Shown here: one piece after another, positions 38,158 through 47,564 of the stretch
Layout: every line of letters begins with the position of its first letter
How positions within the stretch are numbered: position 1 is the stretch's first letter
Assembly (NCBI GenBank): GCA_963815455.1
Contig: CAWFGO010000001.1
Location: forward strand, 1,568,001-1,632,000
Length of the DNA: 64,000 nt
Direction of reading: 5' to 3'
DNA from: an uncultured Verrucomicrobiae bacterium
Lineage (GTDB): Bacteria; Verrucomicrobiota; Verrucomicrobiia; Chthoniobacterales; UBA10450
Made by a program: the position numbers and the translations under genes
The notes under the pieces: generated by a model
What the model saw: only the letters and a program-made list of their open reading frames with translations
Told to the model about the DNA's origin: nothing
The model's database searches: none

Positions 38158-38694
38158 TCAATCCGAATCCAGTTCCTGATCCATGAATGGCGACTCCAGA
38201 GCCACCGGCTCCAGCGCGGCGCCACGAGCATTGATGGAAAGCATCTTTGTGCGCGCAGCTTGCAAGCGCCGCAGCATGATCGGGCTCATTCGCTTGAACA
38301 ACTCGTAGCCCAAAGAGTGATCTTTCTCGCAATATTCCCGCAAAATCGTGCCGTAAAAGAAGATCGCTTCCGTCGGCTCGGCCGCGCGGGCGGTAAAATG
38401 CCAGATGTAGGGCGGAAACATCCACGACCATCCAAGCAAATCCCCCGAGCCGATTGTTTCCACGATGACCGGTTCGCCGAAGTCTACGCCGGACTCGAGC
38501 ACGACTTTGCCCCTCTCGATCAAATAGAATCGGTTGGCGATTTCGCCTTCACGCACGACGACCTGCCCGGGCTGGAAACGGGCCGCCATCGCGCAATCCG
38601 TTAGCAGAGCCAGCTGTCTCCGGTTCATTCCCGCCAGGAATGGATGAAGGGCCACGCGCGCGGCCATCGGTTCAACATTTATTGCCGTTCTCAT
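38158..38694 (-). CDS. Stand-alone cyclic-nucleotide-binding (Crp-type sensor) domain protein
   Basis: HPFLAGM, F.PGQVV.REGE.ANRFYLI..G.V, IGSGDLLGWSW.FPPY.W.FTARA; no recognisable C-terminal HTH. Confidence 0.85.
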   Translation of the reverse strand: MRTAINVEPMAARVALHPFLAGMNRRQLALLTDCAMAARFQPGQVVVREGEIANRFYLIERGKVVLESGVDFGEPVIVETIGSGDLLGWSWMFPPYIWHFTARAAEPTEAIFFYGTILREYCEKDHSLGYELFKRMSPIMLRRLQAARTKMLSINARGAALEPVALESPFMDQELDSD

Positions 38695-38707
38695 GATGTT
38701 CTCCGTT

Positions 38708-39238
38708 CTAGACGAACTCGTGTTCCTTTTCGCGGATGACGAGAACGGGACAGGGCGCCGCGCGGACGACTCGTTCGGCGGTGCTCCCAATGGCGAAATG
38801 TTTCCAGCCCGTATGACCATGCGTGGCCATCACGATAAGATCGACATCTAATTCCCTGGCCGTTTCCACGATCTCGTGCGAGGCGAGCCCGCGACGAAAC
38901 ATCGCGTGCGCCCCGGCGATTCCGCGGCCGCGAGCCGTGCCGACCAGCGCTTTCAAATTCTTTTCTACTCCAGATGATTCTGTTTCCAGCGGAGGCGGCG
39001 GCATGGACAATCCCTCGAACGTTAGCGGCATGATCGGTTCAAGGATGTGTAGGAACGTAAGATTCGCACCGAACTCATGGCCCAAGCGCAACGCATATCT
39101 CATCGCGTTCTCCGAAGCGGGAGAAAAATCTGTCGGCGCGAGTATCTTCTTGATGGCGATACCAGCGTGACCGTTCTTCGTTTGGACGAGAACCTTTCGT
39201 GATTCCCGCGGCTTGGCTGCGCGTGTTTCTATCTTCAT
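38708..39238 (-). CDS. Universal stress protein
   Basis: KKILAPTDFSPAS, DLIVMATHG.TG, IGSTAERVVRAAPCPVL. Confidence 0.93.
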   Translation of the reverse strand: MKIETRAAKPRESRKVLVQTKNGHAGIAIKKILAPTDFSPASENAMRYALRLGHEFGANLTFLHILEPIMPLTFEGLSMPPPPLETESSGVEKNLKALVGTARGRGIAGAHAMFRRGLASHEIVETARELDVDLIVMATHGHTGWKHFAIGSTAERVVRAAPCPVLVIREKEHEFV

Positions 39239-39334
39239 GGCTCTCACTTTGCCGCGCCTGAGAACGTTCCGCTTCGCAGCTGTTGGCAAACATTGTGCGT
39301 TTTTTGCGCAGCGTACGCGTAACGAGAATCTATT

Positions 39335-40042
39335 TCAGCTTTGCCGGGTGCGGCCGAGTTCTTCGAGCAATTCGATCTGGATTTGCTGAATCTCGAAGAG
39401 GCGATTGTATTGCCGCCGCAGGAGATGATCGATCTTTTCGTGCAGGTGCCGGATTTCCAATTCGGCCTTGAGATTGATTTTGTAATCGTTCTCGGCCCGT
39501 AACCGATCCCGCGCCTCGGCCCGGTTCTGGCTCATCATAATCACCGGCGCCTGAACGGCAGCCAGACAGGACAGAATTAGATTGAGGAGGATGAACGGGA
39601 ACGGATCGAATGCACGGGTTACCAGAACAACGCCGTTGATGGCGATCCAGACGAAAAGAACGCCGCCAAATATGATCAGGAATTTCCAACTGCCGCCGAA
39701 CTCGGCGATGCGATCGGACAATCTTTCGCCAAAAGTCAGTTTTCGTTCGAACTGTTTGCTGATGTTGGCGGAAAGAAGCTCGTGCTGCTGCAAGCTCTCG
39801 ACCACTTCCTGGTCAAGCTGGGTCAATTCACCGAGCTCGTCTTCGAGTACCACTTTGACATATTCTTTCCGAAGCGAGCGCATATCGTCGAAGCAGGCAA
39901 AGTCCTTGCTATCGCAATCCGGCAGCCGCTTTTTAATGAATTGAAAGAGCGACGGTCGAATCATGTCGAGAATCTGTCCCTGGTCTGGCGACATCGGTTT
40001 TTTGCAGATGCAGCAAATCGGTTGGTGATCGGGCTTGCTCAT
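39335..40042 (-). CDS. DUF1003 domain membrane protein
   Basis: TFGERLSDRIAEFGGSW, FDPFPFILLNLILSCLAAVQAPVIMMSQNR, DYKINLKAELEI. Confidence 0.9.
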   Translation of the reverse strand: MSKPDHQPICCICKKPMSPDQGQILDMIRPSLFQFIKKRLPDCDSKDFACFDDMRSLRKEYVKVVLEDELGELTQLDQEVVESLQQHELLSANISKQFERKLTFGERLSDRIAEFGGSWKFLIIFGGVLFVWIAINGVVLVTRAFDPFPFILLNLILSCLAAVQAPVIMMSQNRAEARDRLRAENDYKINLKAELEIRHLHEKIDHLLRRQYNRLFEIQQIQIELLEELGRTRQS

Positions 40043-40230
40043 CGAACGGAACAATAAGATCGGTTCGCCCCATGTCGATCCCGAGTTGCCTCGATTGCCC
40101 ACGGGTGATGTCCACGCGCCGGTCGTCACTTCCGGCGCGACGTTGCGCACCTAATCGCCCCGCGCTGGTAGCAACCAACGAATACACCGATTCCGTCTTG
40201 AATGGGCGATTGTCGATCCTAAGTTAACCC

Positions 40231-40734
40231 GTGCGGGTTTTGGCCATTGATGCGTCGTTGCGGAATACAGGGGTCGCGATTGTCGATGCCAACAATGGCT
40301 CGATGCGCTCGCTTTATTTCGGCACCATTCATAACGCGAGCACGCTGCGGTCGTCGTCGTGTCTGGTTGCGATCCGCGACCGGCTGGCGGAATTGATTCG
40401 GGCGCACGAACCGGATTGCTGCGCGCTCGAGTCGGTGATTTACGTCCAGAGTCATAAGACCGCGATTTTGCTCGGAGCGGCGCGGGGAGCGGCCATTCTC
40501 GCGGCGGCCGAGAATGGGCTTCCCGTTTTTGAATATCCGCCGAAGCGGATCAAACAGGCCACGGTGGGGCAGGGCGCGGCTGGGAAAAATCAGGTCGCGT
40601 TCATGGTGCGGGCCTTGCTTGGTTTAACCGAGACGCCGGACGCGGACGCGGCCGACGCGCTCGCCATCGGATTGACGCATTTGCGGGCGCAGGAAGCGGC
40701 CCGCCTCGGGATACCGAACGCGAAACAAATATGA
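40231..40734 (+). CDS. ruvC: Holliday junction resolvase RuvC
   Basis: VLAID.SL..TG, CCALE, EYPPKRIKQATVG.G.AGK.QV, DAADALAI. Confidence 0.93.
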   Translation: MRVLAIDASLRNTGVAIVDANNGSMRSLYFGTIHNASTLRSSSCLVAIRDRLAELIRAHEPDCCALESVIYVQSHKTAILLGAARGAAILAAAENGLPVFEYPPKRIKQATVGQGAAGKNQVAFMVRALLGLTETPDADAADALAIGLTHLRAQEAARLGIPNAKQI

Positions 40735-41420
40735 ACAGGGCACAAAACAAAACGTTCGAATGGCGCTGGCTGGGGCAGGTAAAGTTTGCCGATGCGCTGA
40801 AGATGCAGGAGGACCTTGTCGCGCGAAAGCGAGATGATCGCACGGCGCCGGATCAACTTCTGATGCTGGAGCACGAGCCGGTTTACACGATTGGCCGGAC
40901 ACCGGACCAATCGAGTCTGCTCGATCCGGCCAGTTTGCCGCATCCGTTGCACACGATTAATCGCGGGGGCCAGGCGACGTATCATGGCCCGGGACAACTG
41001 GTGGGCTATCCGATTGTCGATCTTCGCCGGTGCGGACAGGATTTGCACAAGTATTTGAGATGGATTGAGGATTTGTTAGTCAAAACGCTGCGCATCTTCG
41101 ACATCGGCGCGTGGACCCGGCCCGGTCTCACTGGGGTGTGGGTCAAGGGCGGCAAGATCGCATCGATCGGCGTGGGCGTGCGGCATTGGATAACGATGCA
41201 CGGGTTCGCTCTGAACGTTTGCGGCGATCTCACGCCGTTCGATCACATCGTGCCCTGCGGCATTCAAAACGTGACCATGACTTCGATCGAAAAGGAAACC
41301 GGCAAAACATTTTTGCCCGAGGATGTGAGCCGGCGCGTAGCGGAGATCGCCTATCATTCGATTGCGAATCTCACCAGCGAAGGTTCGCTCCTGCAAATCA
41401 CGCCGGTTCTGCGGTTTTGA
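40731..41420 (+). CDS. lipB: Octanoyltransferase LipB
   Basis: LEHEPVYTIG, RGGQATYHGPGQLVGYP, TGVWV, KIASIG, TMHGFALN, IVPCG. Confidence 0.95.
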   Translation: MNRAQNKTFEWRWLGQVKFADALKMQEDLVARKRDDRTAPDQLLMLEHEPVYTIGRTPDQSSLLDPASLPHPLHTINRGGQATYHGPGQLVGYPIVDLRRCGQDLHKYLRWIEDLLVKTLRIFDIGAWTRPGLTGVWVKGGKIASIGVGVRHWITMHGFALNVCGDLTPFDHIVPCGIQNVTMTSIEKETGKTFLPEDVSRRVAEIAYHSIANLTSEGSLLQITPVLRF

Positions 41421-41538
41421 TTTAGGGCTGCTCGCTGTCTGGCTGGCGCAATCGAAAGGCGGCAGAGCACTGTCGAAGACGTCCCAATGCTAAATATGCT
41501 GGAAAAGGCGCGAGCAAATTGTTACACCAGAGTCGCCA

Positions 41539-42360
41539 ATGAATATCCCTCTGGAAGATAATTTTGCCGATATTCTCGGCAAAGCGCAGCGCGGTCTGGG
41601 GATTGCCGACTCGGAAATTGCGGAGAAAGCGCGGGTCGGTCACCAGAAAGTCCGCGAGTTACGCGAGGGCGAGTTTAATGAACTGGCCGCTCTGCGAGTC
41701 GCGCCGATTTTGGGTCTGGCCGGGCGCGCCCTGGTGGATCTGGCCAAAGGTGAGTGGCAGCCGCCAGAGATCGAGTTGGAAGGGCTCGCCCAATTCAGCA
41801 CGAGTTACGGCGAGATGCTGGTCAATTCGTATCTGGTGTGGGACCCGAACACGATGGAGGCGGCCGCGTTCGATACCGGCGCGGATTGCTCGGGAATGTT
41901 AGAGCTGGCGAAGAAGCGGAAATTGAACGTGAAACTGATCCTGCTCACGCACGCCCATCCGGATCACATCGCCGATTTGAAACGGCTGCGCCAGGAAACG
42001 GGCGCGCCGGTGTTCATTTCCGAGCGTGAAGTGATCCCGGCGGCGGAAGCGATTGAAGAGGGAAAACAATTTCAGCTCGGGAAGATCGACATCGAATCGC
42101 GGCTGACGTGGGGACATTCCCGCGGCGGAATCACTTATGTTGTGAACGGCCTGGCCCGCCCAGTCGCGATCGCAGGCGATTCGATCTTCGCCGGGTCCAT
42201 GGGCGGAGGAAGCGTTTCCTACGAAGCAGCGCTTCAAAATAATCTCGAAAAAATTCTCACCCTGCCGGACGAAACGATTATTTGTCCGGGACACGGACCG
42301 ATGACGACGGTGGGCGAGGAAAAGGAACATAACCCGTTTTTTGCCGGCAAAGCCGGCTAA
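41539..42360 (+). CDS. MBL-fold metallo-hydrolase with N-terminal HTH-like extension
   Basis: THAHPDH, TWGHS, GDSIFAGSMG, ICPGHGPMTT..EEK.HNPF. Confidence 0.9.
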   Translation: MNIPLEDNFADILGKAQRGLGIADSEIAEKARVGHQKVRELREGEFNELAALRVAPILGLAGRALVDLAKGEWQPPEIELEGLAQFSTSYGEMLVNSYLVWDPNTMEAAAFDTGADCSGMLELAKKRKLNVKLILLTHAHPDHIADLKRLRQETGAPVFISEREVIPAAEAIEEGKQFQLGKIDIESRLTWGHSRGGITYVVNGLARPVAIAGDSIFAGSMGGGSVSYEAALQNNLEKILTLPDETIICPGHGPMTTVGEEKEHNPFFAGKAG

Positions 42361-42401
42361 TGTTTGATGTTAGATTTTAGATGTAAGATTGACGATGTAA
42401 T
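42360..42401. repeat. 7-bp tandem repeat array (ATGTWAG-like) upstream of a four-helix-bundle gene
   Basis: atgtttg atgttag attttag atgtaag attgacg atgtaat. Confidence 0.85.
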
Positions 42402-42410
42402 CCTTGGCGC

Positions 42411-42770
42411 GTGGATAAACAGGAACTTCAGAGCCGCACCAAGCAGTTTGCGCTTCGGGTGTTCAAACTAGTGGACGCCCTCCCGCGAACTCCCGCTGGG
42501 CGCGCAGTCGCAAGTCAGTTAGTGCGCAGTGCAGCATCTGTTGGCGCAAATTATCGGGCCGCCTGCCGTGCCCGATCTCGCGCAGAATTTGCGGCCAAGC
42601 TTGGAACTGTGCTAGAAGAAGCAGACGAAAGTCTGTACTGGCTCGAACTGATTCGCGACGCGAAGCTGATCCCAGAAGCGAAAATTTCCCTGCTTTTGAA
42701 GGAGGCGGACGAGCTAACCGCAATCGCTGCCGCTGGCAGAAAATCGGCGACGAAAAAGACCAACATCTAA
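42411..42770 (+). CDS. Four-helix-bundle protein (23S rRNA intervening-sequence protein-like family)
   Basis: RTKQFALRV, QLVRSAASVGANYRAACRARSRAEFAAKL..V.EEADESLYWLEL, EADELTAI. Confidence 0.92.
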   Translation: MDKQELQSRTKQFALRVFKLVDALPRTPAGRAVASQLVRSAASVGANYRAACRARSRAEFAAKLGTVLEEADESLYWLELIRDAKLIPEAKISLLLKEADELTAIAAAGRKSATKKTNI

Positions 42771-42794
42771 CATCCAAACTCTTACATCTTAAAT
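42760..42794. repeat. 7-bp tandem repeat array, reverse complement of the 42360-42401 array
   Basis: ccaacat ctaacat ccaaact cttacat cttaaat. ctaacat and cttacat are exact reverse complements of atgttag and atgtaag. Confidence 0.85.
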
Positions 42795-42799
42795 TTTTC

Positions 42800-43675
42800 A
42801 TGAACATTGGATTTGTCGGCGTTGGGAGAATGGGCGCGAACATGGCGCGTCGATTGAAAGATCGACAATTTCGCGTCACGGCCGTTTATGACTCGAATCG
42901 CAAGGCGGCGACGGATTTGGCAGGAGAACTCGGGTGCGCGGCGGCTCAGGATTTGTCTGAAGTTACGGCGGAGTCGGACGTGATCATCACCGTTGTGACC
43001 GACGACAGCGCGATGCGACAGATTTTTTCAGGAGCAGGGGACAACTTGCTGGTAAATGCGCGCGGGAAATTGTTCATCAACTGCGCGACGATTTCGCCGC
43101 AGGTTCATGTCGATGTTGAGAAGCTTGCAGCGAAAGAGGGCGCGTTAACTCTGGAGGGTTGCATGGCTTCGAGCATTCCCCAAGCGCGGGAAGGCAAACT
43201 CTATTTGATGTGCGGCGGAAGCGAAGAGGCAGTCCGCAAAGCGGAACCGGTTTTGAAAGAGCTTGCATCGACAGTGCGGTTCGTTGGCAAGGCGGGTGAG
43301 GCGGCCAAGGTCAAGGCGCTTGTGAACATGGTGATGAACATTAACACCGCAGGGCTCGCCGAAGGACTCGGGCTGGGTGCGGCGCTCGGCCTCGATCTAA
43401 AAATGCTGCGTGAGATTTTTGCGCAGACCGGAGCGAACTCGCGCGTGCTCGAAACTGATGGTGAGGACATGCAAAATCGCGATCACAGTTGTTTCTTCTC
43501 CGCGGCGCATGCCGCCAAGGACAGCGGCATCGCGCTCGAGCTGGCCCGCAGCCTCGGTCTCGATCTGCCGCTCGCCCGCGCGACGAAAGATCAATACGAC
43601 CGCATGATCGCGGAAGGTTTAGGCGAACTCGACAAATCAGGAATTGCCGAGCTGACCTTCAAGGATCGGCATTAA
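42800..43675 (+). CDS. NAD(P)-dependent beta-hydroxyacid dehydrogenase (3-hydroxyisobutyrate dehydrogenase family)
   Basis: IGFVGVGRMGANMA, DVIITVV, G.AAKVKALVN, AAKD..IAL. Confidence 0.88.
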   Translation: MNIGFVGVGRMGANMARRLKDRQFRVTAVYDSNRKAATDLAGELGCAAAQDLSEVTAESDVIITVVTDDSAMRQIFSGAGDNLLVNARGKLFINCATISPQVHVDVEKLAAKEGALTLEGCMASSIPQAREGKLYLMCGGSEEAVRKAEPVLKELASTVRFVGKAGEAAKVKALVNMVMNINTAGLAEGLGLGAALGLDLKMLREIFAQTGANSRVLETDGEDMQNRDHSCFFSAAHAAKDSGIALELARSLGLDLPLARATKDQYDRMIAEGLGELDKSGIAELTFKDRH

Positions 43676-43723
43676 CAGAACGGTCGCCGGGCTTGAAACC
43701 CAGCCGGCGGCGATTTTCCAGGG

Positions 43724-44470
43724 CTAAAACTTGAAGTTGAGGCCTGCCTGGACCAGGTCGCGGTCACCGACATCGGCGCTGAAGGATCTGTCGACGCCCG
43801 ATCCGCCACCGGTTGTCTCTTTGCCGGTTACATCCTCGGAACCGAAGAACAAGTGATTGTATTCGAGTTTTACCGACCAATGGCAGGTGAACGCGTACTC
43901 CAAACCACCGCCGACTAATCCGGCGGTTCGATCCTCATTGGCATTGAACCGCTCCGAGCCGCCCACTTCCTCGGTGTGATAATCGAACTCGGTAAACGCG
44001 GCGCCCCCTCGCGCGTAGGCGAGCAACCGATTGTTCCAGAAACTTATGCCGACACGCCCGGCAACAGTCGCCATCCAATCGCTGTCGACGTGCCCCCGGC
44101 TGTGCTCACCACCGGCAAAAATATCGGCGCCGTCACTGAAGTCGCCTCCCGAGAATGTGCCCTCAACCCCGATGACAAACCAGGGGCCGAGCTGCAGATT
44201 CGCGCCGACCTGACCGCCGCCGAAAAATCCTTCCGGATCGAATTCATAGGCCGGATCGGTTTCATCCAGTTCACGAAAACTGAGATCGCCCCAGGAATAA
44301 CCGCCGTGACCGCCGAAGTAAAAGCCGGTCCAGCGACATAGCGGCTGCTCGACGATCGGTTGCGGTGCAGCCTTGTAATCTTTTGTTTCCAGCGGTTCCG
44401 GTCCGGCTACGAGGCGATCGGCCGCGACCAAAGCAATGGCTAATGCGAGCCAAATGGTGAGGTGTTTCAT
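43724..44470 (-). CDS. Outer-membrane beta-barrel protein (Omp25/RopB-like)
   Basis: Signal peptide; WTGFYFGGHGGY, GGGQVG.N.Q, GGGLEYAF...WSVKLEY, C-terminal GLNFKF. Confidence 0.88.
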   Translation of the reverse strand: MKHLTIWLALAIALVAADRLVAGPEPLETKDYKAAPQPIVEQPLCRWTGFYFGGHGGYSWGDLSFRELDETDPAYEFDPEGFFGGGQVGANLQLGPWFVIGVEGTFSGGDFSDGADIFAGGEHSRGHVDSDWMATVAGRVGISFWNNRLLAYARGGAAFTEFDYHTEEVGGSERFNANEDRTAGLVGGGLEYAFTCHWSVKLEYNHLFFGSEDVTGKETTGGGSGVDRSFSADVGDRDLVQAGLNFKF

Positions 44471-44586
44471 GGGACGCCAGTTATGGCAGCTCGCCGGGCT
44501 TGTGTCAACCCCGGCTGCCGATGGCGTGCCCGGGTGATTTCATGCCGATGCGGAGATCGTCTGCGTGTGATAACTTTCCTGGCTAA

Positions 44587-46395
44587 ATGAAAACGGTCTG
44601 GCGCGTCTTTACTTATCTAAAGCGGTATCCCTGGCTCGCGGCCGGGACTTTGGCTTGCGCGATTGCCGGCACGCTGATGGTGATCGTGTTTCCGGCGGTC
44701 ACAAAACGGATTGTGGATGAGGTTGTCTACCAGCGACACGAGGAACGACTCATGCCGCTGGTTTGGTTGGCCGCGCTCGCATTTTTTCTGCAACACGGGT
44801 TGAACGCGTTGCGCATCGTGCTGAACAATACTTTCGAGCAAAAAGTAATCTTTGATCTGCGGAGCGATCTCTACTCCCACATTCAAATGCTTCCGCTGCG
44901 CTGGTTCGATAACCGGGCCACGGGCGATCTGATGACGCGCGTAATCGAGGACGTGAACTCGGTCGAGCGGGTACTGATCGACGGAATCGAGCAGGGCGTC
45001 GTGGCTGTCCTACAAGTGGTGGTCGTGCTGGGAGTGATGTTTTACGTGAGTTGGACTCTCGCCCTGCTGGCGCTGGCGCCGCTGCCGATTCTCGTCGGTG
45101 GCGCGCTGTGGTACACATTGACGGCGCATCGTCGTTACCGGCTGCAACGCCAGGCCTCGTCGGCTATGAATTCGCTTTTGCACGACAATCTTTCCGGCAT
45201 TCGCCAGATCAAGAGTTTCGTGCGCGAGAAAGAAGAGCACGCCCGTTTCAATCGAATGAGCGACAAACTGCGGCACGCCACGCTGGTGGTGATGCGGGTT
45301 TGGGCGGTTTATCACCCGTCCATGTATCTTGCCGGATCGTTAGGCATTGTGCTGATCGTCGCGGTTGGCGCGAAGACCGTGCTCAGCGGGGGAATGCAGC
45401 TGGGCGAGCTTGTAGCCTTTCTCATGTTGACCGGATTCTTATACGAGCCGATTGGAAAATTGCATCAGCTTAATCAACTGGTGCAGGCGGGCCGGGCCGC
45501 GGGCGAGCGCGTATTCGAAATTATCGACACCCCAATTGAGCCCGGCTGGGCAGATGGAGAGCGTTCAGTGACGCGGATTGTGGGGGATATTCGGTACGAA
45601 AACGTCAGCTTTAGTTATGCCGAGGGACTGACCGCTCTCCACCGAGTTTCCCTGCACGCCCGCCCAGGCGAGACCATCGCATTGGTCGGCGCGACCGGCG
45701 CCGGGAAATCGACTCTGGTAAACATGCTGATGCGCTTTTATGAGTTTACCAGCGGCCAAATCTACATCGACGGAAAACCGCTGCGGGAATACGGCCTGCG
45801 AGCTCTGCGCGAATCCATCGGAGTGGTGACGCAGGAAAGTTTTCTGTTTAACGGGTCGATCCGGGAAAATGTGTTGATGGGAAGACCGGGAGCGAGCGAG
45901 GTCGATTTGTGGCGCGCGATCGATACGGCCAATGCCCGTGAGTTCATCGAGCGTTTACCTCAAGGATTGGAGAGTGTCGTGGGCGAACGCGGCGTAAAGC
46001 TGAGCGTCGGAGAAAAGCAGCGGCTTTCTATTGCCCGGGCTCTTCTGAAAGATCCGCCCATTCTCATTCTGGATGAAGCAACCGCGAGCGTGGACACGGC
46101 GACGGAGCGTCTCATCCAGGGCGCTTTGGAAAATCTGATCTCCAACCGGACGTCGATCGTGATTGCGCATCGCCTATCAACCATTGTGCACGCGGACCAA
46201 ATCCTCGTGCTCGATCACGGGCGCATCATCGAGCGGGGTAAACACGAGGAATTGATCGCGGCCGGTGGAAAATATGCGCAGTTATGCCGGCAAAGTTTGC
46301 TCGAGACATCCCCGCAGCGGGAAGATATTTCGGCAAATTATCCGGAGGAGAAAACGGAAATCGAAATTGCGGCCGATAATAGTCCGGCGTTTTAG
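44587..46395 (+). CDS. ABC exporter, fused permease/ATPase (MsbA/MdlA-like)
   Basis: TM domain; Walker A GATGAGKST, LSVGEKQR, ILILDEAT, IAHRLST. Confidence 0.94.
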   Translation: MKTVWRVFTYLKRYPWLAAGTLACAIAGTLMVIVFPAVTKRIVDEVVYQRHEERLMPLVWLAALAFFLQHGLNALRIVLNNTFEQKVIFDLRSDLYSHIQMLPLRWFDNRATGDLMTRVIEDVNSVERVLIDGIEQGVVAVLQVVVVLGVMFYVSWTLALLALAPLPILVGGALWYTLTAHRRYRLQRQASSAMNSLLHDNLSGIRQIKSFVREKEEHARFNRMSDKLRHATLVVMRVWAVYHPSMYLAGSLGIVLIVAVGAKTVLSGGMQLGELVAFLMLTGFLYEPIGKLHQLNQLVQAGRAAGERVFEIIDTPIEPGWADGERSVTRIVGDIRYENVSFSYAEGLTALHRVSLHARPGETIALVGATGAGKSTLVNMLMRFYEFTSGQIYIDGKPLREYGLRALRESIGVVTQESFLFNGSIRENVLMGRPGASEVDLWRAIDTANAREFIERLPQGLESVVGERGVKLSVGEKQRLSIARALLKDPPILILDEATASVDTATERLIQGALENLISNRTSIVIAHRLSTIVHADQILVLDHGRIIERGKHEELIAAGGKYAQLCRQSLLETSPQREDISANYPEEKTEIEIAADNSPAF

Positions 46396-46406
46396 TGTTG
46401 CTTGTT

Positions 46407-46764
46407 GAGATTCCTCGCCGCGCTCGGGCTGACAGGGAAAGCGGGCGTACCGGCGAAAGCTTGTCATCCTGAGCGGAGCGAAGGATCTCACGAGACAGGG
46501 ACAACGCTCGCGGGCAATAAAGCGATCACGACGCAGTGTTGCTCGATCGGGTTTAATGCGACTGGGAGGTCCCTCGCTGGCCTCGGGATGACAGGGAAAG
46601 CGAACGCGCCTGCGAAGAGCGAGATCACATGCTTGTCATCCTGAGTGAAACGAAGGATCCCGCGAGCGGGGACAACGCTCGCGGGCAACAAAGCGATCAC
46701 GACTCAGTTTTGCTTGATCCGATTTCCCGCGTGGGTGGGGTCCTTCGCTTCGCTCAGGATGACA
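46407..46764. repeat. Cluster of REP-like palindromic elements (TGTCATCCTGAG...CTCAGGATGACA): one half element plus two full copies
   Basis: Half arm 46407-46434; full copies 46462-46593 and 46634-46764, which share the internal GGGACAACGCTCGCGGGCAAYAAAGCGATCACGAC. Lies between convergent genes. Confidence 0.88.
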
Positions 46765-46851
46765 TGCTTCGGGCGCATTTTGAGATTACTAACTCCTCGT
46801 TCATCCCGGGTGTCGTGGTGCAATGGACAAGGCGCGCCTCCGGCGCTTCAA

Positions 46852-47541
46852 CTAGATGACCCGCCATTTTTTGCTACGCGTTCGCGGGTCGATGTCCCAA
46901 AGACGCACGCCGCCTCGAAAGGCGTTGCGATTGTCGCCGCTCTCGATGCCTTCAGGCAGTTTTTTGAAAAATCGCGCATTCCCTCCGCCGAGAACGACGT
47001 AATCGGCAATGAACGAGCGTTTCAATTGGCCGATGGCGTAAAGAACTTCGCGCATCCACTTTTTCCGGCCGAGAAGTTCCAGCCCGGGTTGGCCGAGCCA
47101 TTCTTCAATGATGTCGCCCCCCCGATACGGCAGATCGCCCAGCTCCAGTGGAAACAAAGTTTTTTCCCACACCAGGGCCGATCCGAGCCCGGTCCCGAGC
47201 CCGAGAAAAAGCATTCGTTTGCCGTGATAACTCCCCAGCGCTTGCATGGCCGCGTCGTTAACTACGTGGACCGGTTTGCCCAGCGCTTTGGAAAAGTCGA
47301 AGCCGATCCAGCCTTTGCCCAGATGTTTCGGATCCTTGATTACACGGCCATGGCGTACCGGGGAGGGAAACCCAATCGAGATGGCATTGAAATTCCAACC
47401 GCGCACCGCTTCCTTGAACTTCGGGACCATCATTTTGGGCGTCATTCGCGGCCCGGAAGGAAATTTCCGTTGATCGCGTGTCGACATGAGAAGTTTCACA
47501 TTCGTGCCGCCGATATCGACGACGAGAACTCTCTTCTTCAT
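46852..47541 (-). CDS. ROK-family sugar kinase (polyphosphate glucokinase-like)
   Basis: VVDIGGTNVK, SIGFP, VNDAAMQALG, LGLGTGLGSAL, ELG, VLGGGN. Confidence 0.87.
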   Translation of the reverse strand: MKKRVLVVDIGGTNVKLLMSTRDQRKFPSGPRMTPKMMVPKFKEAVRGWNFNAISIGFPSPVRHGRVIKDPKHLGKGWIGFDFSKALGKPVHVVNDAAMQALGSYHGKRMLFLGLGTGLGSALVWEKTLFPLELGDLPYRGGDIIEEWLGQPGLELLGRKKWMREVLYAIGQLKRSFIADYVVLGGGNARFFKKLPEGIESGDNRNAFRGGVRLWDIDPRTRSKKWRVI

Positions 47542-47564
47542 GGGCGGTCAGCTCCTGCGAGCGC

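Noticed and set aside
39284..39298. Sigma-54-like TGGCA...TGC sequence
   Set aside because: Imperfect -12 element, and it points antisense into the end of the DUF1003 gene.
42411..42770. Diversity-generating retroelement (Avd-like four-helix protein)
   Set aside because: No reverse transcriptase and no TR/VR repeat pair seen in the window.
46407..46764. Possible CRISPR array
   Set aside because: Units are inverted arms with near-identical interiors rather than direct repeats with unique spacers; no cas genes.
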